The translations under genes and the position numbers were made by a program. A stretch of DNA of 58,100 nt from a virus (lineage: Duplodnaviria; Caudoviricetes): the IMG/VR virus record IMGVR_UViG_3300030433_000606, positions 1 to 58,100 of that record. One strand, 5' to 3'. Positions 30,304-40,163 of this stretch are shown here, one piece after another. Positions within the stretch are counted from its first letter, which is position 1, and each line of letters starts with the position of its first letter. Under the pieces are notes generated by a model. The model was given only the letters and a program-made list of their open reading frames with translations, was not told the DNA's origin and ran no database searches.

Positions 30304-31743
30304 ATGGCGATTCTCGCAGCACCGAGTATTTCATCCGACCCTGTTATTTTGAAGGGTATTGGTGATGACCTTGTTGTTGCAGGTTACGCTTCCGTCGAAA
30401 TGGTTGACAAGCAGGGTGACTTAATCACTCGTAGTGCTTTGAAAGATGCTTTTGGCAAGTTTATGAAAGCAGATGGATTCCGCAATGTTCAACTCGCACA
30501 CTCCAATATACAGGTAGGAACTGTAATTCCTTCTTACACGGACTCATCCGGCAGAATGTGGAAGTCCGAAGTTGATGACACAGGTATGTTTGTTGTCATC
30601 AAACTAAGAGGCGACATAGAGAAGGCACGCGAAGTGGCTTCTGAAATCCGAAAGGGCAACCTTCGGTCGTTCTCAATAGGCGGTCAAGCCTTTGAGCGCG
30701 TCAATAAGAGCGACCAAACTCGCGGAGATTACCGCGAGATTCGTCGTATGGAACTCCATGAGGTTACAATTTGTGAGAAAGGGATTAACCCCGAAGCACA
30801 GTTTCGTATTCTCAAGGAAGATAATGGTGATACCATGACGAACACAATGACTGAATTGCAAAGCGTCCTTGAGCGTCTATCTAAGAAATTAGACGATAAG
30901 GATGACAAGAAAGACAATGAAGAGAAGGATGCGGCAATGGATGTTGACGACTCCAAGAAGAAAAAGGATAACGAAGAGAAGGATGCGGGCGATTTGGGTC
31001 CATTAGACCCGGATGACGACGGCAAACCCGGACCTTTCGATAAACCTAAGAAAACTCCACGCGACGAAGAAGAAGATGATGACGAGTCGATGGAAGACAT
31101 GATGTACGGTGAGGACATGACAAACAAAGCAGACGATATGATAACAACAGACTATCTTGCTTGGTTGGAGCAAACCGCTAAGGGTGCTGGTTTTGACCCA
31201 CTAGCGGCTCGCGACCACTTCAGCAAGGGATATGGACCGGGCGAATCCGCCTTCGATATGAGAGGACAGGGTTCACTTGAAGGTGCAGGTGAAGACGACT
31301 CCGGCAAGAGGCCGCAACCAAACTTTGGTTCCGCACCTACCGGAAACAAGAATGTCATTAAGGGAGATTACCTTAATGCATCCAATGTTTCACCTAGCGA
31401 AATTGAAGCAGCATATGAAGTATTCAAGGCTGCGGCACAAGAGCAGAACTTCAAGGCTGACCTAAACAACCACTTTACCGAGAGATTCCTAAAAGAATCT
31501 AAGGCTGAAGCAGATGCAATCGCGAAGCAGAACTTCGATTCTCGCGGACCACTTGTTGAATTGCAGAAAGCAGTATTAGCACTTAACGAGAGGATTGACA
31601 ATGTTTCATCCTCTTCTGAAACTATCGCAAAGTCCGCTGGACGCGCGACAGTAACTATTCCCGAAACCGCTGAACTAGCAAACATGTCATGGGACGATGT
31701 TCACAGACTTGCTGGCAAAGCGTTGAACGGAGGTGACATCTGA
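30304..31743 (+). CDS. Prohead (maturation) protease, HK97 family, fused to a scaffolding domain
   Basis: VAGYASVEMVDKQGDLI, QLAHS (His), RSFSIGG (Ser), LHEVTIC; acidic/coiled-coil C-terminal half; directly upstream of the capsid gene. Confidence 0.9.
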   Translation: MAILAAPSISSDPVILKGIGDDLVVAGYASVEMVDKQGDLITRSALKDAFGKFMKADGFRNVQLAHSNIQVGTVIPSYTDSSGRMWKSEVDDTGMFVVIKLRGDIEKAREVASEIRKGNLRSFSIGGQAFERVNKSDQTRGDYREIRRMELHEVTICEKGINPEAQFRILKEDNGDTMTNTMTELQSVLERLSKKLDDKDDKKDNEEKDAAMDVDDSKKKKDNEEKDAGDLGPLDPDDDGKPGPFDKPKKTPRDEEEDDDESMEDMMYGEDMTNKADDMITTDYLAWLEQTAKGAGFDPLAARDHFSKGYGPGESAFDMRGQGSLEGAGEDDSGKRPQPNFGSAPTGNKNVIKGDYLNASNVSPSEIEAAYEVFKAAAQEQNFKADLNNHFTERFLKESKAEADAIAKQNFDSRGPLVELQKAVLALNERIDNVSSSSETIAKSAGRATVTIPETAELANMSWDDVHRLAGKALNGGDI

Positions 31744-32882
31744 TGGCACGAAACTATGTACGAACAGTTCAAGACATGGAGAGATACTACTACGGTGGGG
31801 CATCCCAAACAGGCTACACATATGGCGCAGGTGACATTCTGAAGGCAGACGCGCCTTTGATGTCAACTACCGCTGGAACATACCAAGCGATTTACGGACG
31901 AAAGGTTTGGTCGCAGTTGAACCAAGAGTTCAATGCGTTCAGCATTCTTCCTAAGAAGCCGTGGGAGCGAAGTGGTTGGAGAATCCTAACCGAGCGCGCT
32001 TCCTTCACTAAGGGTGGCGGTATTGCTGAGAACGGTACACTACCGGACACCAGCAGACCGGAGTTCCTACATGTTGCAGCAAAGCCAAAGACTGTTGCTC
32101 ACACCTTCGACCTATCCGAAGTTAGCATGTTCCTATCCGACAAGGATGACGGACTTGGTGATGTTAGGCAGGTTCTAAAAGAGGAAATGGGTAAGCATCA
32201 CGCGGAGCATATCAACAGAATGCTTCTTGAAGATGTTGACACTCCTGTCGGTAACGACTTTGAATCTCTTGACAGACTAACTTCTGACCCGGATAAGATG
32301 ACAACAGGTACAGGCCATGTAAGCGCAACCACTGACCACGACATCTATTCTATCACTCGCGACGGTAGTGCAGCATTCCACAGTGCTGAAGTCGATGTCG
32401 CAAGTTCTAACAGAAACTTGTCATTGAATCAAATGGATGGATTATTCCAACAACTATGGACCCGTGGTGGTAACCCGAAGGTTATGCTAACAGGGTATGA
32501 CACACTAATGCGTGTTCAGCAACTACTACAATCTCAGCAGAGATTCATGGATAGCAAGCGCGTAACCCCAACATACAACGGTGTGAAGGGTGTACCGGGT
32601 CTTGAGGCTGGATTCATTGTAGCAACATACAACGGTGTTCCAATGATTCCAACAAAGGACATGCCGGACGAGGGTGCAAGCACTCTATCGCGTATCTATT
32701 ACTTAGACACAGATTACTTGTGGTTCCAAACCGCAATTCCAACACAATACTTTGAAAGTGGTATTGAAACAGGTGACCCATTCGCGATTAACCGTCTAGG
32801 ACAAGAGGGGCTTTACAGAACTATGGGAGAACTATGGTGTTCTTTCTTTGGTGCTAGTGGTAGCATTCGCGACTTACAATGA
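31743..32882 (+). CDS. Major capsid protein (HK97 fold)
   Basis: GGAGGTGA RBS, 379 aa, after the protease; GGGIAENGTLP, EHINRMLL..D and YNGVPMIP patterns. Confidence 0.9.
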   Translation: MARNYVRTVQDMERYYYGGASQTGYTYGAGDILKADAPLMSTTAGTYQAIYGRKVWSQLNQEFNAFSILPKKPWERSGWRILTERASFTKGGGIAENGTLPDTSRPEFLHVAAKPKTVAHTFDLSEVSMFLSDKDDGLGDVRQVLKEEMGKHHAEHINRMLLEDVDTPVGNDFESLDRLTSDPDKMTTGTGHVSATTDHDIYSITRDGSAAFHSAEVDVASSNRNLSLNQMDGLFQQLWTRGGNPKVMLTGYDTLMRVQQLLQSQQRFMDSKRVTPTYNGVKGVPGLEAGFIVATYNGVPMIPTKDMPDEGASTLSRIYYLDTDYLWFQTAIPTQYFESGIETGDPFAINRLGQEGLYRTMGELWCSFFGASGSIRDLQ

Positions 32883-32893
32883 GGTGATGAAGA

Positions 32894-33301
32894 ATGGCAG
32901 CAGCAACACACAGAGGAATTACTTACACAACAAGCGCAAGTGCAACAATCTCAGTTGATTTGGACCTACCCCTGCAAGCAGGTGTGGACCAAGACGACAC
33001 AACATGGTTGACATCCTATCCGGGTGCTTTGACTTCGTTTGAGCCGCGACAAACTGACGGTGCAAACAGAATGCAACCACGATTGGTGTGCTTAACACTA
33101 GGTGCATTGGCAGAAGCAGAAACTATCACACTAAGTGGTGGCGCGAATGCTATTTTATCGTGCATAGGACACAGCAAGGACGCGACAGCAAACTTAGCAT
33201 TGAGTTTTAGCGGTCTTGTAGTCACAGCAGATTGTGAAGCAACAGCAGACGGAACTACTAACGACACAGCCAACGCAACAATTTGGCTACTTGTAGCATA
33301 A
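32894..33301 (+). CDS. Putative capsid decoration/structural protein
   Basis: GAGGTGA RBS; A/T-rich beta-type composition; follows the capsid gene. Confidence 0.6.
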   Translation: MAAATHRGITYTTSASATISVDLDLPLQAGVDQDDTTWLTSYPGALTSFEPRQTDGANRMQPRLVCLTLGALAEAETITLSGGANAILSCIGHSKDATANLALSFSGLVVTADCEATADGTTNDTANATIWLLVA

Positions 33302-33302
33302 G

Positions 33303-33686
33303 GTGGTTAAATTGCCTACTATAACCTACAAAGGCCCGCGCCGAACAGGTGCAAACATGGGTCGCTTAGGTTGGTGGATTTGGGGGCAATCGCGGGAGGT
33401 TTCTGCCGAATGGTTAGAAGCCAACCGCGTTGCCGTCGATGGCCCGGAGTTCGTAATCGAAGGACACAGTTTTGAAGAACTAACTAACGATGAAGGCAAT
33501 GATGGAATCCCCGACATGGGCTGGACTAAGGGTGACATTTTAGCATGGATGGAGGATAATGATGTTGATGGGGCATCTTCTCTATCCACCAAGAAGAAAT
33601 TACTTGGCGCGATTGAAGCACACCTTAACCCTCCCGAAGAATCTATTAACGAGGCAGAAGAAGCAGATAACACAGGAGATGAATGA
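33303..33686 (+). CDS. Hypothetical protein with a C-terminal HeH/SAP-like helix pair
   Basis: GWTKGDILAWMEDNDV...STKKKLLGAI; start could be 33303 or TTG 33311-region alternative not resolved. Confidence 0.6.
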   Translation: MVKLPTITYKGPRRTGANMGRLGWWIWGQSREVSAEWLEANRVAVDGPEFVIEGHSFEELTNDEGNDGIPDMGWTKGDILAWMEDNDVDGASSLSTKKKLLGAIEAHLNPPEESINEAEEADNTGDE

Positions 33687-33940
33687 TTATGGCATTTGTA
33701 AGCGATAACAGACCACACACACTCGGAGATTTGATTGTAATTACAGGAACGATAGCAAGTGGCGACACAAGCGTTGAATTGAGCGAGTTCCTTAGTGAAG
33801 TTCTAATGGTGACAGCAGTTGCAAACTCGGCAAACGATGAACCTTTATCAGCCGCTATTGACACAACTTCGGCAACCAAAGTTCGTTTTGGCAACCCCGG
33901 TGCAAACGGTGGCCGCTTGATGGTCTTTGGCAAGAGATGA
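33683..33940 (+). CDS. Small putative structural protein
   Basis: GGAGA RBS, 85 aa, beta-rich composition. Confidence 0.65.
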   Translation: MIMAFVSDNRPHTLGDLIVITGTIASGDTSVELSEFLSEVLMVTAVANSANDEPLSAAIDTTSATKVRFGNPGANGGRLMVFGKR

Positions 33941-33951
33941 GGTGATTCACC

Positions 33952-34125
33952 TTGTCCGATACTAAGGTGTTTGAGTTTACACCCGAACAAGGGTGTGAAA
34001 CAGGCGCGAGCGTTGCGGGCGGCGTTCAGAAAGTTCTCGACGATTACACTAACGGTAAGGCAGTTGAAGGAATCACTTCTTACATGTTACAAGGTAATCT
34101 ATATGTTGTAGTCGTCACCACATGA
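33952..34125 (+). CDS. Small hypothetical protein (57 aa, not in ORF track)
   Basis: GAGGTGA RBS then TTG; MSDTKVFEFTPEQG...LYVVVVTT fills the gap exactly. Confidence 0.7.
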   Translation: MSDTKVFEFTPEQGCETGASVAGGVQKVLDDYTNGKAVEGITSYMLQGNLYVVVVTT

Positions 34126-34136
34126 GGGTGAGCGAC

Positions 34137-34403
34137 ATGGACTTGAAAGAACTGAAACGGCTTGAAAAGCAAGGCTGGAAGAAGGCCGAAGAGTCAATGG
34201 TTAAGACCGATGAGCGCGACAAACTCAAAGGTGTAATGAAGCGTCAAAATATGAAGACGCGCAACATCCGCGATATTGTCAACATCGGTAGTGGTACGCG
34301 TTGTCGCTTCTGCGGTATGCTTCACTTCTGTTATCTTGAAAGATGCGGGGCTTGTAAGAAGCCTATGCATTACAATCTCGCGAAAACCGAAGAGGTGATT
34401 TGA
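34137..34403 (+). CDS. Zinc-ribbon protein
   Basis: GGGTGA RBS before ATG 34137; CRFCG...CGAC. Confidence 0.7.
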   Translation: MDLKELKRLEKQGWKKAEESMVKTDERDKLKGVMKRQNMKTRNIRDIVNIGSGTRCRFCGMLHFCYLERCGACKKPMHYNLAKTEEVI

Positions 34404-34753
34404 TGAGTGTGTTTGAGAAAGCGTGGCGAATACTGAAAATGACACCCGAAGAGATGGAGGCCGCGGGCTTCCATGAAGCGGCTGCTCAGATGCGTCAAAT
34501 GCAAGAAGAAGAAGCACGAATCAGACAACAAACTCAAGCCACAGCACCACAGATGACACCACAGATTCAAGCAAATTACCAAGACCAAATTGACTTGAAA
34601 AGGCAGAAAGAGTTGGATGCACAACAGATTCGTCGAGTCACAAGTGGTGGCAGAATCAATAGCAGAGAGGCTAAAGAGTTGCTGCAAGCGTATAGAAAGA
34701 AGTATGGTGAAGACCCTCCAAGAGTGTCTAAAACATTAAGGAGGCGTTCATAG
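34403..34753 (+). CDS. Leader-bearing hypothetical protein (MSVFEKAWRILK)
   Basis: GAGGTGA RBS, TGATG overlap, Q-rich. Confidence 0.7.
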   Translation: MSVFEKAWRILKMTPEEMEAAGFHEAAAQMRQMQEEEARIRQQTQATAPQMTPQIQANYQDQIDLKRQKELDAQQIRRVTSGGRINSREAKELLQAYRKKYGEDPPRVSKTLRRRS

Positions 34754-36333
34754 TGCCAACAGTGTTTCAGACAGGAGAGCGTGAAGGGCGACCATTATTC
34801 CCCGACCGTATATATTACACATCCGCGCAAAAAGTTGCAGACATTTTACAGATACCATTCCCCGACCCTATACCGTTAGCCGCTAACGATGGTTCGACTT
34901 ATGTTGACATAGCACCAGCAGATTACAGATTAGTAGGATTTGAAGTAGGTGATAAGATTGAGATTACCAGCGATGCCGAAATGGGTGAAGAGCGAACTAT
35001 TACAAGCATTGCTCGCGCTTCCGGTAATGTTCGTTTATCTTTTAGTGGTGCGTTAACAGGAACTTACACTACCGCGCAAAACGCAGATGTTCAGAATCTT
35101 CAATCGTTCACTAACGGTAAACGCAAGGGTGTTACCAAAGCACAGGTTGAAACACTGATTAAGCGTACACAAGACAAGATTGACAACTTAACAAACAACT
35201 CTTGGCGACCTATGTTGCAAACCGCTGAGTATCTTAACTTCGATACTTACAAACCATATCGTCGTCGCTATTACACAGATTATGTTGGTTCAGTTCCTTT
35301 GATGTTCCGTAACGCGCAGCAGATACTTCGCTTAGAAATATGGCAAGGTCAAGACTATCGCGAAATTGCTGCGGCTGAAATACGCTTGAAGATTTCAGAC
35401 TTCACTCAGATAACTGCTGATACAGACAAACTGTTTCTATGCCCCGGCGGTGGCGGTGTAGCAACATTGACTGCTGGTGATGGGAACTCTAAGTTTCGCG
35501 CGCAGTTCGATAATGTAAGCACAGCGCAACAATTAGCAGACCTAATCAACAAAGATGCGCGCAAAGGCAAAAATGCAATTGCGTTCAGTCCATCATTTTC
35601 ATTTGAAGATGTGACCGAAACTGATGGCACTATAACTGCTAATGTTCATCATGAGTTCATGGCATCCGCTAACGCAGACTACGGCGGCGGTCAATTGAAG
35701 ATTACTTCTATGCGCCGTGGTGAAGCAGGTGAAAACGCTACTTACGCTTGCACATCATCCGGTGTTACATTCTCCGGTGCTACTGATACTAGCACCACGG
35801 TTTCATCAGCAACCGCTACTACTATCACTGTTGCTGATGTCACAGGGCTTGCACCATACGGTATCATCAATATCGGTAGCACATATGGTTATTACACAAG
35901 TATCACAGGTACTACTCTAAACGGTGTCACTGACTTAGAAGGTGACATTAGCGCAGCAGCAACAAATGGCGCGACAGTGAATCAGAAGAAGTTCAAGATA
36001 GATTATGTTGGTACGACCACAGGTGACGAGGCTCGCCTTCGCGATTGGTGGGCTGACTATGACTTGGGTGTGATTTACTTCAACAACTCATACCCCTATT
36101 TCTCATGGAACGCGGTCAAGGTATCGTATGTCTATGGTGAGAGATATGTTGAGAAAGCGATTGAAGATATATGCACCAAGTTGGTTGCAATGGACTTGAT
36201 ACTGTCTGATGACCGAAGCGTGCTACTACCCGAAGGAACACAGAATGTTGACTTGGGTAGTAAGTATCAACTATTCAAAGCGCAGGTGGCTGAAACACTA
36301 CCGCGCTATACAGAAGTAATGACGGTGTTGTGA
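34753..36333 (+). CDS. Head-tail adaptor/neck protein with inserted beta domains
   Basis: LIKRTQDKIDNLT and VKVSYVYG...AIEDICTKLVA, characteristic of gp6/gp15-like connectors. Confidence 0.65.
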   Translation: MPTVFQTGEREGRPLFPDRIYYTSAQKVADILQIPFPDPIPLAANDGSTYVDIAPADYRLVGFEVGDKIEITSDAEMGEERTITSIARASGNVRLSFSGALTGTYTTAQNADVQNLQSFTNGKRKGVTKAQVETLIKRTQDKIDNLTNNSWRPMLQTAEYLNFDTYKPYRRRYYTDYVGSVPLMFRNAQQILRLEIWQGQDYREIAAAEIRLKISDFTQITADTDKLFLCPGGGGVATLTAGDGNSKFRAQFDNVSTAQQLADLINKDARKGKNAIAFSPSFSFEDVTETDGTITANVHHEFMASANADYGGGQLKITSMRRGEAGENATYACTSSGVTFSGATDTSTTVSSATATTITVADVTGLAPYGIINIGSTYGYYTSITGTTLNGVTDLEGDISAAATNGATVNQKKFKIDYVGTTTGDEARLRDWWADYDLGVIYFNNSYPYFSWNAVKVSYVYGERYVEKAIEDICTKLVAMDLILSDDRSVLLPEGTQNVDLGSKYQLFKAQVAETLPRYTEVMTVL

Positions 36334-36337
36334 TAAT

Positions 36338-36658
36338 ATGAACCCAATGAAAGAAGCATGGAACCTTTTGAAAGGTATGAATCCGATGGATGACCCACGA
36401 ATACAGGCGCATAGACATATACCTGCTACTGTTAGTGCTGTGAATACAACTCGGAGTCGAGTGAGGCGGGGGATGAAACCCGGAGATATAGTTTATCAAC
36501 AACAAGTAAAACGCGAGCGTCGTCCCTCCGCCGGCCCACCGAAGTATGGAGGGTATCAAACAAACGCTCCTTTGACACAAACGCGACGGTTTAAGCATAC
36601 AGGCCGCGAAGGACCTGCGAATGTTCTTACACAACTAGGCGAAGATAAGTTTGAGTGA
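36338..36658 (+). CDS. Leader-bearing basic protein (MNPMKEAWNLLK)
   Basis: R-rich 106-aa ORF between neck genes. Confidence 0.7.
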   Translation: MNPMKEAWNLLKGMNPMDDPRIQAHRHIPATVSAVNTTRSRVRRGMKPGDIVYQQQVKRERRPSAGPPKYGGYQTNAPLTQTRRFKHTGREGPANVLTQLGEDKFE

Positions 36659-36935
36659 TACTATGAAAGACATAATCAAGAAGAGTATCGGCAAGGCTCT
36701 CCATGAGCCTATCATGCAAGCACGCGAGAATAGCGTGTTTACTGATAAAGGTCGAATCTTCCTTGATGCAGCAGCGTCTTTGTATGGCGCAGCGGTTGAC
36801 ATGCAGGGTAACATCATTGACGCGAAAGGTAAGAAGATGGACGAGTCCGACCCTCTTTACCAAACCATAGTCTCTAGCGCAAAAAAGCAAGCGCGCGCTC
36901 AATCATCAATAGGTGGTGGTTTGATTGGCCCTTGA
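36651..36935 (+). CDS. Hypothetical protein
   Basis: 94-aa ORF coupled to its neighbours. Confidence 0.6.
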   Translation: MSDTMKDIIKKSIGKALHEPIMQARENSVFTDKGRIFLDAAASLYGAAVDMQGNIIDAKGKKMDESDPLYQTIVSSAKKQARAQSSIGGGLIGP

Positions 36936-37365
36936 GTCTGTTGAATTGATTAAGAAGATTCTCAGCGATGGTTGGAATCGTGGCAACACGGACCAACGCA
37001 CACCCATCATTGATGATATAACAACTGTCGAAGCGGCTCGCGGTAAGCGTCTTGACCTTACTAGTAAAGATGCTATACTACTTTACGAAACAGTTCACAA
37101 CGAAGAGCAGCCCGAAGTATTCTATGATTTCGTCCACACGCGAATCAACATAACCGTTGATGCGCGAACTATGAGAGGGAGGTCACATCTTATGAAAATG
37201 GAAGACGAAGTTCGCAGAATCGTACACAGTAAAAGAAAAGGCGACGCGGAGAACTTCGACCGATTACTCTATAAGATGAGGACTGACCTTTCAGACCGGA
37301 CGAAGAGGCTGCACAGGATGACCTTCCAAGTGGAAATCGTTATCTTTAGCGAACTCATAGCATAG
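36925..37365 (+). CDS. Putative tail terminator/completion protein
   Basis: 146 aa, immediately upstream of the tail tube gene; alpha/beta pattern (INITVDART...FQVEIV). Confidence 0.55.
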   Translation: MALESVELIKKILSDGWNRGNTDQRTPIIDDITTVEAARGKRLDLTSKDAILLYETVHNEEQPEVFYDFVHTRINITVDARTMRGRSHLMKMEDEVRRIVHSKRKGDAENFDRLLYKMRTDLSDRTKRLHRMTFQVEIVIFSELIA

Positions 37366-37384
37366 AATAAGCGGAGAGAATAAC

Positions 37385-39316
37385 ATGGTATCGACAGTGT
37401 ATAAGGGTGACTTGAGCGAAGTAACATTCGGTAAAGAATGTGGTTTGGTTCTCGCGCATGGTGGTTTCGGTGGACTTCAATTTGCAGTTGATGGAAGCGA
37501 CCGCAACAAAATAAACTTCAGCGGCGCGTCTGAGGGATTCTTCGACTCCGGTTCTAACTTACGCTATCCAAAAGGTATGCTTGTTGGTTCTGAACTTCGC
37601 ATCATTGGTAGTGGTTCATTCAATCTTGACGACTACGCGACCACAGGTAACACTTACACAATTGTTGAAAATAGAGGAACTACTATCATTCTTGACCGTG
37701 ATTTGAAAGAAGCGTTAGGCACTTCTTCAAACAGCGGTGATGAGTTACTAATTCAAACTCTTGGAACACCAACAATCGACACAGGTATGACATATCACGC
37801 TAACGCTGCTTCAGCGGACGAATCAGTTCTTACAGACCAATTCATCGGTCTTGCTGCAACTGTTGCGCTACCGGAAACCAAAGTCGAAGTTAGACGCTCA
37901 CACATTGTAGGAGTGGGTCGCGATGTTGTCATTCAAGAGCCACAAAGATTCTCTAACGAAGGTGGCTCAATTGAAACTATGATGAATAGTGCGCGCTGGT
38001 TATACTACTCACTTGGTCGCGAAGTTATTGATGTTCCAAGTACAACTATGACCGACCCAACATATACTGCTCTCACTGATATTTCTGCTGGTGACACTTA
38101 CATTGGTTACACAGGCACACTCGCAAATCTCGCAGCAGGTGATTATGTCATTGTTGTTGACAGTACGGCCACACCATTCCCGAAAGACACCAACGCCGCT
38201 TCCTCTAAAGAATGGGGTGCTAATGGTCTTGGTATTGATATGGAAAATGCGGAGCGTAATGAAATCCGTCAAGTCCTATACATTGACACCACTCTAAGAA
38301 GAATACACCTTGAGGAACCACTACACTTCAGCCATGCTGCAAGCAGTTCTTCGCTCAAAGCAGTCAAATATGACGCAGCCTCTTCTAATGGCTCACCACA
38401 CTTTGACACTACCGCCGCTACATATGGAACTATCACCAACAGGCAATCGCGTTTACTTTTCTCCGGTGCAACACTACCAACATTCTCGATTGAATCAAGT
38501 ATTAGAAACAGGAATGTCGGTTCCTTCAACGCTAACTCCACTGATGCTCTAGCAAATGAAGCAGCACCCGGTAGTGCATCCGATAGCAAACAACTTACGC
38601 GCGTTTGGAAAGGGTGCAAAGTCAAGGACTTCTCTCTTGCGGCTGATGCAGATGCAGAAGTCAAGTTGACTGTAAACTTCGACGCGCTTTACTGCTACAC
38701 TGATACAGGCCGTCTTGAAAACTCAAACAAGGGTGACCGATACACCGCGCATCGCATGTTTGAGAACACCGGCAATGGTGTTGTTGAGAGAAAGAAGGCT
38801 GGAATCGCGCCTAACACAGAAAAGCCATTCTTCTTTTACAACGGTCAAATCAGTTCTTTTGGAATCAACATCGCGCAAGTTACTAACTTCTCTCTGAGTG
38901 GTAATAACAACTCAGAAGCAATCTATACTATTCGCGGTAACAGTCAAGCAGAAACCCGCAACACCGCTGGTGATTCACTTGAGCAGATACCATTCGGTGG
39001 TTCACGCAACGCTAGTCTCATGATTGAGAAAACAATGGAGTATGAACTATCAATGACTGTGATAGCCTCCGACCCTCTTATTTGGCATGAGTTCCGCAGT
39101 AACCGCACACACGATTTCAGCGAACCTATCACACTTACTTTGACAAAGGCTGGTGCAGGTAACAACCGCGAAGAAGTAATCATTGTAGTTGATGATTACA
39201 TCATCACAGAAGCACCTTTGCCTATACCGGAAGACAAGGGTGTAATCAAGAGTGAACTCAAGATTATGCCAAAGCATGTTCGCGTAATTTCACATGACGC
39301 GTTCTTCCATATGTGA
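37385..39316 (+). CDS. Major tail tube protein with inserted domains
   Basis: LPTFSIES...RVWKGCKVKDFSL...VKLTVNF and FFFYNGQI...VTNFSLSGNNN tube-type motifs; position upstream of chaperone and tape measure. Confidence 0.7.
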   Translation: MVSTVYKGDLSEVTFGKECGLVLAHGGFGGLQFAVDGSDRNKINFSGASEGFFDSGSNLRYPKGMLVGSELRIIGSGSFNLDDYATTGNTYTIVENRGTTIILDRDLKEALGTSSNSGDELLIQTLGTPTIDTGMTYHANAASADESVLTDQFIGLAATVALPETKVEVRRSHIVGVGRDVVIQEPQRFSNEGGSIETMMNSARWLYYSLGREVIDVPSTTMTDPTYTALTDISAGDTYIGYTGTLANLAAGDYVIVVDSTATPFPKDTNAASSKEWGANGLGIDMENAERNEIRQVLYIDTTLRRIHLEEPLHFSHAASSSSLKAVKYDAASSNGSPHFDTTAATYGTITNRQSRLLFSGATLPTFSIESSIRNRNVGSFNANSTDALANEAAPGSASDSKQLTRVWKGCKVKDFSLAADADAEVKLTVNFDALYCYTDTGRLENSNKGDRYTAHRMFENTGNGVVERKKAGIAPNTEKPFFFYNGQISSFGINIAQVTNFSLSGNNNSEAIYTIRGNSQAETRNTAGDSLEQIPFGGSRNASLMIEKTMEYELSMTVIASDPLIWHEFRSNRTHDFSEPITLTLTKAGAGNNREEVIIVVDDYIITEAPLPIPEDKGVIKSELKIMPKHVRVISHDAFFHM

Positions 39317-39325
39317 GGTGATTGA

Positions 39326-40024
39326 ATGAATCCGATGAATGAAGCATGGTTGTTACTAAAAGAGAATGTCGCGACAACACACACTGAATACAACGACCAT
39401 ATGCCGGAAATTAAACCACACCCTGCGGCTGTATCATATGCTCAAAAACCTATGAGGGCTATGGCTCCCGGTCAAGAAGGTACACTAATGAATGTTGGAG
39501 GCGCGCAAAAACCAAACGCGCCACCTATGATGGGTCAAGGTCAAGGTCCATTACCGGGGCGTAAGATACAACTTATGCCGCGACCTAAACCGCCACAAGG
39601 CACATCGAAAACAGTGAATATGCAACAACTTGGATTAGACCCGGACATGGGTAAGCCCGGTAAAAGAAGTGGGCGAGAGATGATGGACTTTGAAGAAATT
39701 ATGGACACCGCTGAAGACGCGGGTAAACATATTTACCAACACAACGCGCGTGAGTTGGAACGCTCAAAGGATAGATTTAGAGGTCTTCCTCGTTCTGTAC
39801 GCGAGGCTAACTTAGGTAATCGTGAAACCGGCATAGGTGATAACATGGGCTTCCACACAGGCGAAGGAACGCTGGTTCCTGTTGTGCAACCGTTAGGAGA
39901 TTTAGACCAATTAGACCGATTAGACCCTGCTACAAAACGAAGCAGAATGGCTAATAGACCTAAACCCGACCATATGGAAAAACTGAACTTAAAGAGAGAA
40001 TTAGAAAGGAAGGGTAAAAGATGA
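39326..40024 (+). CDS. Leader-bearing hypothetical protein (MNPMNEAWLLLK)
   Basis: GAGGTGA RBS; P/G/M-rich, probably disordered. Confidence 0.7.
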   Translation: MNPMNEAWLLLKENVATTHTEYNDHMPEIKPHPAAVSYAQKPMRAMAPGQEGTLMNVGGAQKPNAPPMMGQGQGPLPGRKIQLMPRPKPPQGTSKTVNMQQLGLDPDMGKPGKRSGREMMDFEEIMDTAEDAGKHIYQHNARELERSKDRFRGLPRSVREANLGNRETGIGDNMGFHTGEGTLVPVVQPLGDLDQLDRLDPATKRSRMANRPKPDHMEKLNLKRELERKGKR

Positions 40025-40161
40025 ATCCGTTTAGAGAAAGTTGGGGAGAATTATTGAAGGGAAGTATGTGCAAAGGCGATGACTGTAAAGGTTGTCGCGG
40101 TTGCAAAGCGTGTTCCGAATGCAAAGGCAAAGGCTCAACTTGTGAGAAATCGGGGTGTTAA
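40021..40161 (+). CDS. Leader-bearing 46-aa Cys-rich metallothionein-like peptide (not in ORF track)
   Basis: ATGA overlap; MNPFRESWGELLKGSMCKGDDCKGCRGCKACSECKGKGSTCEKSGC, 8 Cys. Confidence 0.75.
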   Translation: MNPFRESWGELLKGSMCKGDDCKGCRGCKACSECKGKGSTCEKSGC

Positions 40162-40163
40162 TT

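Noticed and set aside
30907-30990. Duplicated KKDNEEKDA peptide in the scaffold region
   Set aside because: Short local duplication in a low-complexity acidic linker; not an array.
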